Of a stretch of DNA of 64,000 bases, positions 50,271 through 64,000 are shown piece by piece. The stretch lies in NCBI RefSeq assembly GCF_041956535.1, contig NW_027192207.1:343163-407162 (forward strand), in the 5' to 3' direction. Made by a program: the position numbers and the translations under genes. The notes under the pieces are model-generated. The model worked only from the letters and a program-made list of their open reading frames with translations, made no database searches and had not been told where the DNA came from. Positions within the stretch are counted from its first letter, which is position 1, and each line of letters opens with the position of its first letter. This DNA comes from Calcarisporiella thermophila CBS 279.70. Its lineage: Eukaryota; Fungi; Calcarisporiellomycota.

Positions 50271-52276
50271 ATGGCTAAGTCCTCCTCCTACAACTACATC
50301 GATTCGCTGCGCTCCCCGTGGCTCAGGCTCGAAGCGTAAGTCTTGCCTCTCCATTCTCCCCATCCCAATGCCCTCATGCCGTGTGCTCTCCCCCCCCCCC
50401 CATGCAATGCATTAGCCCCCGCTTTGACATTGTAATACGCCAGCAGCCGCGCCAGGCAAGGGTGCGGACGCCAAGAGAGAGAGGTGAGCAGTGTTCCCAT
50501 GCTGAGCATGAGGGAGGGAGTCACTAACATGGGCAGACATTGCGTTGCCATAGATCGCCGCCCGATAGAGCCTCCGCCTATACTGCAGCTGAAATTTGAC
50601 GAGAGCTCCACGGAGGAGACGCAGTAAGTTGCTCCTGGGCCTTTGTCTTCTGTCATTGCATGTTCTGATGCCGGGCGTCCTTGTGTAGACACTGTCTGCA
50701 GAATCCTCACTTCTTCGTGCTCACTGCCCTTGTGCCCGCCGACGACAGATACGCAGGCCGCGCGTTTTTCCCTCGCCAGCAGTTAAAGGGGAGCGTTGTC
50801 TCCACACTTCATAAGCTGAAAGACATCGGCAATGCTGGTAGGTGGAGTGCTGATCCTCGCCCTCTCTCCCTCAGCTTCACTAACCATCTCCATTGGCGTG
50901 CTGTTTTTGTTTGAAGATGGAGGCTTTTTCGTGTTTCCTGATCTTACCATTAGCTTGGAGGGCAAGTACCGGCTGAAGTTTAACCTTTATTGCGTGACAA
51001 GGTTTGCTATCAGGAATCGGGCATCTTTTGCCGCCCTAAGTCAGCTCATCTCTCTTATTTGGTCTAGCAACGAGGCGGTTTACCTGAAGACCGTTCACTC
51101 TGATCCGTTCATCGTGTACAACTCGAAGGAGTACCCGGGAATGTGTGAGCCGACCTTCCTGACTCGCGCTTTCTCCGACCAGGGTCTGAAGCTCAGGATC
51201 AGAAAGGAGCACCGGATAAGGGCTGCGTAAGTGTCTTGCCTCTCCCCTCATTTCTGATTGCCCTCTTTTAACGCGCGGCCGATGCATTCTCTAGGAAACG
51301 GGCCAGCATTAGCTTGGAGGAGACCGCGGAGGATCCCGAACGCGGTCCGGCTCAGGGCACAAAACGCAAATTCAGCTCCGAGATGGATATCATTATGGAG
51401 CACACGGAGAAGAGAGGCCATGCTCAGCCGTCAATGTGTGCGCCAATGTCGCCGCAGCACGCCCTCAAATACCGCTACAATACCGGGTTCAAGGCTTGGA
51501 GGGAAGAGTACCCTTCTCCTCACACTCCCGAGCCCTACTCTAGTTTACACGCACCTGTGGCTGACGCGCCGGCTGCTCAGCGCAGGCAATCTGCAAGCAC
51601 ACCCGGGTCTCTAACGCATTCCCCGGCCCCTCGTTCGCCCCTTTTCTACAGCTCGCCCCCTTCGAAAATGACGCACGCAAATGGCACCCACGTATTTAAT
51701 CGTCGCTGCAACTCGGGAGAACTCGCGTCCATCCCGCGGCATCCCTCGATTTCTTGCGGCCAAGAGCCTCACCCCTCATGCCACCCTCTGCAGCACAGCG
51801 CAGTGGGGTGTAGCTATTCCCAACCGCCTTTGACGGCCCCCCTTCTCTCTCGAAGAGAAAGCTACTCTTGCGGGCATTTACAAGCCGGCATAGGAGGTTC
51901 GTATGATAGAAGTCCGGGGGGAGCCGACTCGGCTGCGGCGGCCTCTCGGGGCATCCGACGCTCCAGCTCGATGGATCCCCCGGCAGCCAGCCACTCGCAT
52001 CCCCTCTCACTCGTTCACCCGCCGGACCGCTCCTCAAGGCATAGCATTACTCTCCCGCCGCTCCAATTTCCACAGCCCTCCTTTGTGAATACCAAATCGC
52101 ACCTGGTGCTTCCGCCGCCCTCCCTGCTCTTCCCCCCCACTCCCATTCACGATAAAGCAATGCATAGATATCCCCCGCTGGCCCCGTTTCCCGCCTCCTC
52201 GTCCCCTTCGTCCTCGCCTGCATTTGGCGTCGAGGGCGAGCGGGAGGCGCTTTGGGGCGAGCCATTTTCACGCTGA
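50271..52276 (+). CDS. Velvet-domain transcription factor (VosA-like)
   Basis: IRQQPRQAR..DRRPIEPPPILQL..LQNPHFF..GGFFVFPDLTISLEGKYRLKFNL..SDPFIVY..YPGM..TFLTRAFSDQGLKLRIRK, then a Pro/Ser-rich tail. Confidence 0.92.
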
Positions 52277-52661
52277 TTGTTGTATATTTTTCTATCTCAT
52301 AATTCCCCGTGTGTAATCAATATGAAGTTGAAATTTGCAGTGGCCGAGATCGAATCCAGTGAGGGGCTTGAAGGAAGATGAATAACGTCGGGTTTTGAAA
52401 AATAAAATAATCGCGACAAACTCTGAACGTCATCTTGCTCTACCTTCCCGTTTGAAGGCCTTTATTTTACAATAGAAGAGCGGGAAGTTGGTGATAGATT
52501 ACGAGATCAACATCGAGGATTATTTTCAGAGAAGACCTATAGAGTATCATAGTCAAGCCCTTCTCATCTGAGATCCTCGACCCCCCGCTTCCCCCATTAA
52601 TTTTCCCTTTTTTCTCTCCCCCTCCCCCCTTCCTCATATCCTCTTCTCTGTTCTCTATTTT

Positions 52662-55600
52662 ATGGAATCTCATTCGCACCCTACATCCAATCACAAGCAA
52701 GCAAACATCGACCTCAATACCAACCGAACCCCCGCTACTAAATCCACCCGGTCCTCACAAGAGCATCCCGACACTTCCAACTCATCTCACCTAGAAGCAT
52801 CGCCCCCGGTTGGCGTCTGCACCCGTACTTCTGCAAGGTTACGCAAATCTTCGTCCATCTCCACTGCCTACAGTCCCAGGTGGGTTAACGGTGCCTTTGG
52901 GAAGGCGGGGAAATCAACCGCTAATCATGTTGAATCATGTAGATTAAGGACTAGATTAAGTGAATCAACAAGCAACAGCAGCACCACCAGCAGCAGCAGC
53001 AACAGTAATATTATCCACGGTAATAGTGGTCCATCTGCGAAGCGAAAGCAACCTTCCGGTGAAGATAATCGGTCTCGTCCAGACAAAAGGTACCGACAGG
53101 CTGACGAGAATGCGTCCATCGATCCATTACTAACCCATTTGCTCCATCAAGATCTCGAACCTTTAGTGACCTAATCACGGCACCGATCTCCACAGGCGAT
53201 CCCGCGAAACGCAACACCAAGAGACAGCGCCGCGCGAAACTTAAACGAGAGCGGAAATACGGAATGGGTGGGTCGGCAGATCCGAACCGGGCTGGCAAAT
53301 CGCGATTTTCTACATCATCAGAAAAGAAGAAGAAAGGGGCGACAAGCGAAAAGAAGTCCTCGAAAAAAGAAAGGTACTGTATGCAGCCCGCGGTGGTTTG
53401 TTTTGCTCCGTTCTCTAACCCCATCTTGCTGTCGGGTAGTAGCAATAAGGGCGCCCAGAGTAAACGGAAATCATCCCTTCATGGCTCGCGCAAATTCAAC
53501 GAAGATACCTATCCCTTGGATGAATATGGCAACGAGCATATGATGTTCGATGATGAGGAGCGATTCAGCGACTTGGAGGCGCGAGACGGAGAAGATTTTG
53601 ACGATGACGAGGGTGAAATCGACTACGGAGAGGAGGGCGATGAAGGAGATGAGAGGATGGATTTGGGAGAAGATGCTGAGCACGACGATGAGGAGCTGGA
53701 CGAGGAGGTCGAGGACCATCCTGTCGGAGCAAGCCGCCGACTTTTTGGTGTCACTGGATCCCGAGCCTACGGGGTGTCTGGAATGGACTTGCGGCTGAAG
53801 TCCATCCTCACCAATCTGCGGACCAACGACCCAACCATGCAGCTCATCTCCCTCCAGGAGCTGGCTGAACTTCTCTCCGTTTCGACGGAAGACAACCTCG
53901 CCGGCTACTTCAGCGTGGATATCTTCGTGCGAGAGTTGGTCCGCTTGATGCGTGGCCCAGAGAGTGAGTTCGAAGTCGAGAATCCCGAGATGATGCTGCT
54001 GGCGTGCAGGTGTCTTACCAACCTGATGGAGGCCATGCCGACCACGGTGGGCGCCGTGGTCTACGGCGGCACGGTTCCGGTATTGTGCCAAAAGTTACTG
54101 GAGATCCAGTACATTGATTTAGCCGAGCAAGCACTTAGTGTAAGTGGTGGCTCCTCTCTTCTACGCCTCGCTCTTAGCAAGGTTGCACGGGCTAATCCTC
54201 TTCTCTGCTTGGATGTTAGACATTGGAAAGAATCTCCATCGAATATCCCAATTCCGTGATTCGAGAGGGCGGCCTTCGCGCTGTGCTGACTTATTTGGAC
54301 TTTTTCAGTACCCATGTACAGCGCACGGCGGTGACCACAGCTGCCAACGCATGCCGCAATGTGCCTGAAGAATGCCTGTCGATGGTGCAGGAGGTCATTC
54401 CAATCCTAGAGCAGATTATCGCTAGCCCCGACCAAAAAGTAGTTGAGCAGAGTTGTTTGTGCTATGTGCGACTGGCCGATAGCTTCAAGCATCAGACAAA
54501 GAGTTTGGAGGTAATGTCGATTTTTTTTTTTTACCAGTGGTTCTGAGATTATATATGCTCATGGAATATCATTTTTACTGTGGATTCTCTAGACGCTGAT
54601 TTCTAAAAAAGTGCTCGAATCGGTGAAAAACCTCATCTTCCCCAACGCAAACAGCACCGTCGTTTCACCTCCCATCTATACGCAACTGCTGCGGTTCTTG
54701 AGCATTGTGGCTCAAGGATCTCCCAATCTCGCCTTCCAGCTCCTCGAAATGAGCATCGTGGATACGCTTTACCAAGTGTTGACGGGGCACCCTGTGCCGG
54801 ACACAAAACTACCCGCCCTTGTACAAGCCAATATGGTGCACCGTCCCCGAGAACAAGTGTATGAGATGCTAGGGGTTATATGCGGTTTATTGCCACCGCT
54901 TCCCAAAGGTAGGTTTGCAACGGCTTCTCTGAATGGCACCGGCCTTGCTTATATGCTAACTGTTGCCCTGCTGCGTAGATGATATATTTGATCTCACACA
55001 GCCTAAAGTGGACAAAAATTCTGCTGAGGGGAGCACTTCTAGGAAGAGGGATAAAAAACACAAAGCTGAAGATGAGGAGGAAGAAGAAGAAGATGGCGAG
55101 GAAGATGAAGAGGAGGTGGAGCAAGATGAGGACGAGGCTGAAGAAGAAGGAGGAGAAGTTGAAGAGGAGCACGAGGATGAAGAAGAGGACGAGGAGGATG
55201 AGGGGCCGGAGAGACCAAGTAGAAGGCGCTCTTCACGCCAGACAGAATTGAAGAAAGAAAAAGAAGCGACGGCGGAGGCCGAGAAGAAGAAGGCAGAAAA
55301 GCGTATTGAGCTGCTGCGAACCCGTCCAGATGTGCTGAAGCGTTTCGGGCAGGTGCTCGTCCCGACCCTGATTGAGGTCTTCTCGGCCACCGTCAATCTT
55401 CCCGTCCGACAGCGTGTCATCACGGCCCTTCTCAAAATCGCGTACTATTCGGAGCCAGACATGCTTAAGGAGGTTCTGCAGGAGGTGCCCTTTGCAAGCT
55501 TCTTGGCCGGAGTCTTATCGCAGCGGCAGGAGCACCCATTGCTTCTCATAGTGGGGACGCTCCAGTTGACGGAGCTCCTCATGGGCAAGATGCCTGAGCT

Positions 55601-58600
55601 GTACGGGGACTATTTCAGGAGAGAGGGTGTCATGCACGAGATTGAGAGGCTGGCCAATGGAGAAATTGGCGACGGACTCCAAAAGGAGGAGGAGGACGAC
55701 AAGGAGGAGGATTCAGGCGGCCCATTGTCGGCTCTTGCCAGTGGCTCGGAATCGAACACAGCCACTCGCCGGTTGAACGAGCTGATGTCCGACCTGCGCC
55801 GACTGAGGCAGCGAATTGAGACGTCGAGCGAGTCCACTTTGTTGGGAAGTCGCTCGGGAGAGAACGAGGGCCTCCATATCCTGGAGCGCCTCGGCATTGT
55901 GTTCCGGCCTAATGGCCACCAGAACACCCCCGAGATCTCGAAGTCGCAGCTTAAGGCCTGGATTCTGCACCGGACTCGTATCTTCCGAGACACTTACCTA
56001 CACGCTTCATCTCAGGACTCTGCTGCCTCTGTGCTGCAGGTGCTACTGAAGCTCTCCAAACAACTCCTGCCCACAGCCTTGAACACGGCGGACCCATGTT
56101 CTGTGGAAGCATTGCGGCGCGTGGCCTCGTACTTCACGCAGGAGGGCGTTTCATCGTTCGAGCTGTTGAACTCGGGGCTCATGGATGCCTTGCTAGACTA
56201 TTTGACAAAAGAGGGAGAAGGTAGGATGAGCACTAATAGAAGAGAGAGCCTAATTGGTCGAGCATCCTTTTCTCACCCTATTCTATTAGAACTTGCGCCT
56301 CTCAACGATCGCCTTCGCACCTTTGTACAGGTGTTCTTGATGGAGCCGGGCACCGCCCAATCACCCTTCGAGGTGCTATTGAAACGGTTGCAAGACTCTT
56401 TAAGCAGGTTAGAGACGTTCGAGGTGGTGACCGCCTATCAGTCCATCATGGATGGTAATCACGTCAAGCTTCTTTTGTTGGTCGAAACGCTAGTGTCTCA
56501 CATTCTCCCCCCTCTTTGTCTCATTTTCTCACACGATTAGAAGCACGACGGAGTCCGGCTAGTATGCTCGCAAAGCAACTTAAACTGAAGCTGATTGCAG
56601 AAGATCCATCCGATATCCCCCGCCCCTACTCGAATCTGATCGTATCGGTGCATGCTGTGGCCACCTTTAAAGCTCTCTCCGATTACCTACGTCCACGGAT
56701 CGCACTACCCCGATCCAACCCATTGGCCCCTATGCGGTTTAGAATCTTGCGATCGGCGGCTAGGGACACTTCGGACGAAGCGGCTGACGAAGGCTCCGCT
56801 GAAGGGTAAATTTCGCCCTATTTCATTCGATCCAAGACATGCTCTCTAATTTTAAGGTTTGTTCGCGTAGATCTTCACGAAATGCGGAGAAACAATCCCT
56901 CAAGCTAAGGACCAAAGACGAAGAGGAGGAGGAGGACGACGACGACGACGACGACGACGACGAAGACGAAGCCGACGAAGATGAGGAGGTGGAGGCCGTG
57001 GAAGAGGAGGTTACGTCGGACGAGGAGCACGAGGGGGATGAGATCATGACGGATATATTTGCCAATTCAAAGAGAAGTAGCCTTGTGCCCGAAGACGAGG
57101 ATGAGCCTGGCGACGCAGACACGGGGGAGAAGAGCGTGGAGGATATCGACATCACCGACGACCTCCTCCCCTCCTCCTCGGCTACTGCCTCCGAGAAACA
57201 GCCTACGACCCCCACGAAACGCGTGACGCGCTCTACCCCAAAGTCCGCTCGGTCCGGCACTTCCGCTTCCGCCTCCACCCCCACCCCCACTCCCTCCTCC
57301 TCCAAACCCAAACCCTCCTATTCAGCTGCGCTCCAGAGCACCCCTCAGGACTGGCACCTTGCGTTCACCCTCGGCGACTTGCCTGTCGATATGCAGACCA
57401 CCATTTATGGGGCTGTGCACCAGTATGAGAGCAGAATGGGGGCTGCGCCGACGAAAAACGTATGGTCGGTGATCTATCCCGTGAAATACAAACGGGTTCC
57501 CGGCCCACCGCCCTCCACCCCCTCGACGTTGTCGAGAGGCTCCTCCGAGATATGGGAGGGTGAAGGCGCCAATGCCTTCAACCGAAGTTTGCCGAGCTCA
57601 CTGCCAGCCGAGGCCGAGCACAGTCGGGTGTTGAACCTGTTGCGGGTGTTGCACGGGTTGAAACGCCTTCCACTGGAGGAGTACTCCGATCGAGTCAACG
57701 GAAACGGGGATGGGGTCGAGGGCCAGAGGCAGTTGGCGGTTCGGGATGCGATCAATTTCGTCAACAAAAAACTCACCGCCAAGGTCAATCGCCAGCTCGA
57801 GGAGCCGCTCATCGTGGCAAGCTCGTGTCTTCCCCGATGGTGCTTCGACCTCGCTCGCTCATTCCCATTCCTGCTCCCCTTCGAGACCCGCTACGTCTTC
57901 CTCCAGAGCACCTCGTTCGGCTACTCGCGCTCCATTACCCGCTGGCAGACGCAGCACCAGCAGCAGCAACAGGGCGGTGCGGAGCGGAGGGATGATATGA
58001 ACGTGTTCCTGGGAAGGGTGCAGCGGCAAAAGGTGCGTATTTCCCGTCACCGGATGCTGGAGTCCATGGTGCGGATCATGGAGCTCTATGGCCGCTCGTC
58101 GTCCTACTTGGAGGTGGAGTATTTTGAAGAGGTGGGGACGGGGCTGGGGCCCACGCTTGAGTTCTACGCCACGGTGTCCAAGGAGTTCTGCCAGCGCTCC
58201 GTCAAGATGTGGCGGGACAATGGGGCGGAGGGGCGGTATGTGGACACCCGCGGGGGCGTGTTCCCGATGCCGATGAACGAGGCCCAGGCGGCAAGCGAAA
58301 ATGGAAAGCGGGTCCTGCAACTGTTCCGGGTGCTCGGGCAGTTCGTCGCCAAGGCGATGCTCGACTCGCGGATCATTGATATACCATTTAACCCCCTCTT
58401 TTTGCGCCTGGTGCTTGGGGAGGTGGAGGAGGGGGTGGAGAGCGGGGTGCGGACGGTGTCCCTGGTGGATCCGGCGCTCGGGAGTTCCCTGGCGGACCTG
58501 GAGGCTGCGGTCCGAGAGAAAAAGGAGGTGTATGCGAACAAGGAGCTGAGCGCGGTCCAGAAGCAGCAGGCGCTCAAGGCCATTCGCGTGCGGGGCGCGT

Positions 58601-59220
58601 CGGTGGAGGAGCTGGGCCTCGACTTCACGCTGCCCGGCTTCCCGGAGATCGAGCTGAAGCCGTCGGGGGCTGACATCGAGGTGACCATCCACAACGTCGA
58701 CGAGTATGTGCGCGCGGTGTCGGACATGACCGTCCACAGCGGGGTTGCGCGCCAGGTGGAGGCGTTCCGCGACGGGTTCAGCACCGTGTTCCCCGTCCAG
58801 GACCTCCGCGTTTTCACGGCCGAGGAGCTGGTGGCGCTGTTTGGGAATGCCCGGGAGGACTGGTCCGTGGAGACCGTGATGGACTCGATCAAGGCCGACC
58901 ACGGCTACGGCATGGACAGCCCCTCCGTGCAGCGCCTGGTGGAGATCATGAGCGAGCTGACCCTGGCGGAGCGGCGGGAATTCCTGCAGTTCGTCACCGG
59001 CAGCCCGAAGCTCCCCATCGGCGGCTTCAAGCAGCTCACCCCGCAGTTCACGGTGGTGCGGCGGCCCCACGAGCCCCCGCTCACCCCCGACGACTACCTG
59101 CCCTCGGTGATGACTTGCGTCAACTACCTCAAGCTCCCCAACTACTCTGCGAAGGAGATCATGCGCGAGAAGCTGTTCGTTGCGATGAGAGAGGGCAGAG
59201 ATGGATTCCATTTGTCTTGA
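52662..59220 (+). CDS. UFD4: HECT E3 ubiquitin ligase UFD4/TRIP12
   Basis: ARM region LACRCLTNLMEA..LLEIQYIDLAEQAL; INFVNKKLTAKVNRQLEEPL; EVGTGLGPTLEFY; LPSVMTCVNYLKLPNYS..FHLS*. The 5' exons are approximate. Confidence 0.95.
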
Positions 59221-59521
59221 TATACTACTGCTAGATAGATAGGGTGGGTGGGTGTGTAGGCGTGGGTCCATAGACGCCCATACACATAGCGTATTTTTTT
59301 GGGGGGTTGTCTGTAGGTGTCTTGTACAAAGCAAGTGGAGGAGTTTTCTTTTTATATTGTCTTGTCTATTTTCATATTATTGTCATATTACATAAAACGG
59401 GAATTGCCTAAATTTTCCAACGGTGCACCGTCACACAAGCCGTATGACGACTTTTTATTTGGGTACAAAATAGAGGAGTGAGAGGCGGTGGTTCCTGAGA
59501 GCCCATGGGATTTGTGGCAAA

Positions 59522-61232
59522 ATGCAGTCGCTGTTTTTCCAATTGTCGCGGCATCTCCTCTCGTGCCTCATACTGCTGATCACCCTCACTCTCTCCTACT
59601 ACGTAGCATACTCGCTCGTGGCCACTCGCCCCGTGGGCGACCTGCGAGAGTATTCGTGGGAGTTCCTGCGGGACATGGAGACGCTGCGGGTTGAGCGGGG
59701 CCGGCTGACGTCGTCGTGGCAGTGTGAGGGCGAGGGAAAAAAGAGCGTGTGCGTGGTTGAAAATCTGTGTGTTGATCGAGAGAGGGGTAAGTGAGCATGG
59801 ATGGCGGTTGGAATGGGGAGGCCATTATCTCAAACCTACTGTTTTGCTACTAGGTGCATTTGTCGTCGAAAGCTCTGCAGAAGCGCCACTCTACGCTAGC
59901 ATGGACGCGAATGCGCGCGAGGAGCAAAATGATTACTGGGCACCGCGAGTGATACCGGAGATGCCCGGCGGGCTCTATGGCTTCGTCAATGAGACTGTGT
60001 TCGTGTATGGGTTCGGAAGCGAAGATATCAACGAGCAGTACTTTAGGACAATTCTGTCACTCTGGAGGTAATGTAATCAGCTTGCCGTCTCGTACTCGCT
60101 TAATTGGATTGCTAACCTCACCTATAGCACGATGAAAGATCACGGGGCCACTGCAAATTCCTGGCTGCTCCGTCCTTACTCTTCGGCTAGCGACTCGAAG
60201 GCTCTCCAGTTTGACATATCCTTTTTGGCGCCTCAGGGCCGAGAGGTTGTCTTCTCTGCCAAGCACCGATCCTCCCACTTCCAGATCGAGCCCTCCAGCA
60301 AGCCCCTGTGCTTCCGCCGAGCGGTGGTCGGGCTCAAACACAGATGCGCCCTAGCTTCGTGTAAGAAGAAAATAGGTGGCGAGTACGCCACTTCGTTGAG
60401 AGCTCATATCATCGGAAACCGCCGGCCAGTGGATGTGCATACACCCGTCGTTGGTCTCCTCGAGGTCGAGGCGGGCGGTGGCCCTATCGCGAATTTGGAT
60501 GAATTGGACGCCGCACTTGCCAGAGAAGGATTCACAACGAGACGCGTGCGTCCGATCAGCATGACGCAAAGCTTTGGGGAACAGGTCGATGAATACGCAA
60601 AGTTGGCAGTGTTGATTGCACCCGGAGAAATGGGTCTGGTTCCCGCCGCACTAATGGCTCGTTCGGCCACCCTCATTTCTATCAACGCCCAGCATGCGAC
60701 CAACGAAGAAGCGTTGCAATACCCCATGCTGGCGGTGGGGCGAAGAGTGTACGCTTGGGAGTGCCGCAGCCCCAATTGCACCATAGTGGCGGAGGGGGTG
60801 GCGCGAAAATGCTTGGAGGAGGCGGGACTGGGGGCGGAGTGGATAAAAGAAAACGACAAAGCATTTTCTAAGCTGACAAGGCTTGAGCCCATCTTCTGGT
60901 CGGTCCTGAACTCATTCGACGAGGAAGATGAGGTGCGAGAGGCGCGGAGGTGCTACGGGCGGCGGGTACCCAAGCGGGTGGAGGTGAAGACGCTGGTGGA
61001 GATGGTGGGGAAGATCATTGCGGGCATGGGATACTCCGAAAAGGGGCATCAGTTTGGCGAGGAGTTCGGCGTGGTGGAGGGGCTCGAGTTTGTGGACATT
61101 TGTCGGGCGGCACGGTGTTGTGGCCCCTCCTGCGAGGAGGCGCTGGCGACGATGGTGTTTGGGACGGAGAACGTGTGGGGCCTAAAGCCGGGACCCATGG
61201 AACGCGATTTAAGCTGGGAGCTGGAAGCATAG
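59522..61232 (+). CDS. Type II membrane glycosyltransferase family 61-like protein
   Basis: N-terminal TM anchor, CVVENLC, LCFRRAVVG, IANLDEL, SFGEQV..LIAP. Two introns. Confidence 0.6.
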
Positions 61233-61468
61233 CATACGTTTTTTTTATATTTGATGTCTATTTCTAAGTAAATATTTCAATCGTGTATTCTTCTCTATTT
61301 TCTCTATTTTCTCTACTTTCGCTTGGAGCAAATAACGATTCATTTTTATTCTAGCCCTCATCGCTACATAGATCACAAATCAAATGTGTCAGCTACACCT
61401 ACCCCTCTACCCCTCTTTTTATGAGAATGCTATCAAACTGGAGGACACGGCTGGAGAAAAAGAATGCG

Positions 61469-62510
61469 CTACCAGCATGTGTATCCGCCATCCAAAACCA
61501 GGTCTGCTCCTGTCATGTAGGAGGAGGCCTCGCTGGCCAAGAAAGCAACCACTCCACGCAACTCTCGTGGCTGGCCTATTCGCCTCATCGGGGTGAACCC
61601 TTCCCAAAGCTTCCGTAGCGAAGGATTCTCCTCGAGTACGGCGTGTAGCTCCTCGGTCTCCATGTAGCCGGGGCTGATCACGTTGACTCGGATCCCATGA
61701 GGGGCCCACTCGCATGCCAGCGACTTGGCGAGATGGGCCACCGCAGCCTTGGACGCGCTATAGGCAGGCTGAGCCATCGGTCGACTTACCGTTCGGCCCG
61801 CTCCACTACCGATGAATATGATCGAGCCGGTTTGACCGCTGACGAGCATTTGACTACACACAATGAAATGAAGCACATTAGTAAGAGTCATTATACCTGC
61901 GCCTAGACAGTAGGCTTGCGTACTTTGCCGCGGCTTGGGCGCAGAAGAAGGTTCCGTTCACGTTGATATCCATCACGCGCCTGAACTTGTCCGCGGGATA
62001 CTCTCGCGCTGGGATATGCTCTACGATGCCGGCCGAGGTCACAAGAATGGTGACCGGCCGTGAAAACTCCTTGCCGATCCATGAGAACGCACCAGACACC
62101 TGTTTTTCGTCCGCCACATCGCACATGTAAAAGCGCGCCTCCACCCCGTACATCTTTGCGATTTCCTCGCACGCCCGAGTTCCCTCTTCGACCAAGAGAT
62201 CAAGACAGGCAACATCCGCACCACATGCAGCAAGGGTTCGCAGCATTTCAAGCCCAAGCCCACGAGAGCCGCCCGTAACTAAAGTAGAGCCAGTGTCTAT
62301 ATGAAATGCCTACGGTGCATTAATGCTAACATAGCACTGACCAGCCGCGACACGCCCTTTTAACGAAAAGAGCTCTCGAATGTCCTCCTTTTGCTTCCCG
62401 CTTCCTCCCGCTCCCTCCTTGGCGGACGGAGTCAATGAGAGGGTGCCGAGATCTTTGGCGAGCGTTTCCTCGGATGAGGAATGCTGATCTTGCTTTGATT
62501 CTTTCGACAT
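61469..62510 (-). CDS. Short-chain dehydrogenase/reductase (D-arabinitol dehydrogenase / sorbose reductase-like), copy 1
   Basis: LFSLKGRVAAVTGGSRGLG, YSASKAAV, EWAPHGIRVNVISPGY, DGGYTCW. Two introns. Confidence 0.93.
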
Positions 62511-62811
62511 GAAGGGGAATTGTGGATAGACAAGTCTCACACAGGGCAAGGCCTCTCGAAGTTATATGCTTTCCCTCGAGCCAACGCAATTTTACGTGGA
62601 GTTGCCTCACCATTGGCTAAAATCTTACATATAAGGTAAGGCCTGAGCACGGCGATATGTGGAGGGAAGCCACTGATTCGGTAGAGACCAAGGTGCTCCC
62701 TTCTCGGTCAAATCTCGTTTATTATCCTGAAGCCTGAGCAAGTACATATGGGGAAGGTACAACGTATAGGAGATCTAAGCAACCGCGGTATCACTCGACA
62801 ATAGGCAAGAA

Positions 62812-63082
62812 CTACCAGCACGTATAGCCGCCGTCCAAAGTCAGCTCTGTGCCGGTCATATAGGATGAGGCCTCGCTCGCTAAGAACGCGATGACCCCGT
62901 GCAGCTCCCTCGGCTGGCCCATTCGGCGCATCGGGGTGGACTCCTCCCAAATTTTGCGCAGAGCAGGGTTCCCGGCAAGCACTTGGCTCACCAGATTTGT
63001 CTCCATGTAACCCGGGCTGACCACGTTGACCCGAATTCCGTGCGGAGCCCACTCACAGGCCAAGGATTTGGCGAGATGGGCC

Positions 63083-63114
<32 letters not shown>

Positions 63115-63859
63115 GGGCTGTGGCCGGTTCACGACCTGACCAGACATGCTGCCAACGAAGATGATGGAGCCGGGTTTGCCACTGGTAAGCATCTGGCTAC
63201 AAACATAGAGACAAGCATACGCCAATGAATATCGAATATGGTTAGCTCCCAAAAAAAAAGCGCCTGTATATACTTTGCAGCAGCCTGAGCACAGAAGAAG
63301 GTTCCGTTCACGTTGATATCCATCACGCGCCTGAACCTGTTCGACGGATACTCTCTGGCCGGAATGTTGTCCACTATCCCCGCCGCTGTCACAAGAATAG
63401 TGACAGGCCGCGAAAACTCCTTGCCTATCCATGAGAATACACTAGACACCTGTTTCTCGTCCGCCACATCGCACATGTAGAAGCGTGCCTCCACCCCATA
63501 CGTCTTTGCGATTTCCTCGCACGCTTGAGCCCCCGCCTCGACCATGAGATCAATGCAGGCAACATCTGCACCACAAGCAGCAAGCGATCGCATCATTTCA
63601 AGTCCAAGCCCGCGAGAGCCACCCGTAACTAATGTAGAGCCAATGTATATGTGAAATACTCCCGGTCATCAAAAATTAACTCTCACTGACCGGCGGCGAC
63701 CTGGCCCTTTAGCGAAAAGAGCTCCGGGATATCCACCCTTTTCAACTCTTCCCCGGGTTTCGCGTCCTCGGGGGATGGGGTCAATGAAAGGGTGCCGAGC
63801 CCTTCGGTAAGCTTCTCGTCGGCCGAGGAGCGTTGTCCCTGGTGTGTTTCTTTTGACAT
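62812..63859 (-). CDS. Short-chain dehydrogenase/reductase, copy 2 (tandem paralog)
   Basis: Same motifs and intron positions as copy 1; GSMSGQVVNRPQPQAAYNASK. Confidence 0.93.
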
Positions 63860-64000
63860 TGTTTGCAATGCCGTAAGACAAGCAACAGTATTCAGTAATA
63901 AAGCTCTAGACGTTCCGGGTGCCTTAATTTTTTTGTGGGGCTAGCATTCCTTCAATGGCTTAGCATCCTAATTCTATCTAAACTTGCTTGTGCTCGTGTG

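Noticed and set aside
56920-56965. (GAG)n/(GAC)n tracts, also (CCT)n near 43545
   Set aside because: Ordinary coding microsatellites for acidic or proline linkers.
57859-59334. 491-aa antisense ORF
   Set aside because: Mirror of the GC3-rich UFD4 HECT exon; stop depletion explains it and it has no motifs.

Overview
Intron-rich eukaryotic DNA from a fungus, most likely an early-diverging lineage such as Mucoromycota (inferred from gene content, not proven). The window alternates between GC-richer blocks of intact housekeeping genes (H4/ARP8, RRM-YTH, Rab8/Sec4, RPS7, DnaJ, MFS, velvet, UFD4, two SDRs) and AT-rich blocks. The AT-rich start carries VMA3 and an LMBRD1-like gene. The 7-21 kb accessory block holds a secreted lipase, a Crinkler-type NTPase-nuclease gene, a hAT transposase relic and two decayed M13 peptidases. 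The 30.7-39.7 kb accessory block holds an RlpA/expansin-like gene, a TPR relic, a Uma2 nuclease-C2H2 fusion, a secreted bacterial-type agmatine/peptidylarginine deiminase and an NB-ARC-TPR NLR. Best lead: the NLR has a short first exon, missed by the ORF track, encoding MSAQTSNCNGNIQTETGGSVNAGNICNNY. This aligns without gaps to the HET-s prion-forming repeat, suggesting NLR amyloid signalling in a lineage where I am not aware of it being described. This NLR copy is frameshifted and no effector partner is visible in the window. All exon structures were read by eye and family calls rest on recalled motifs, not on searches.
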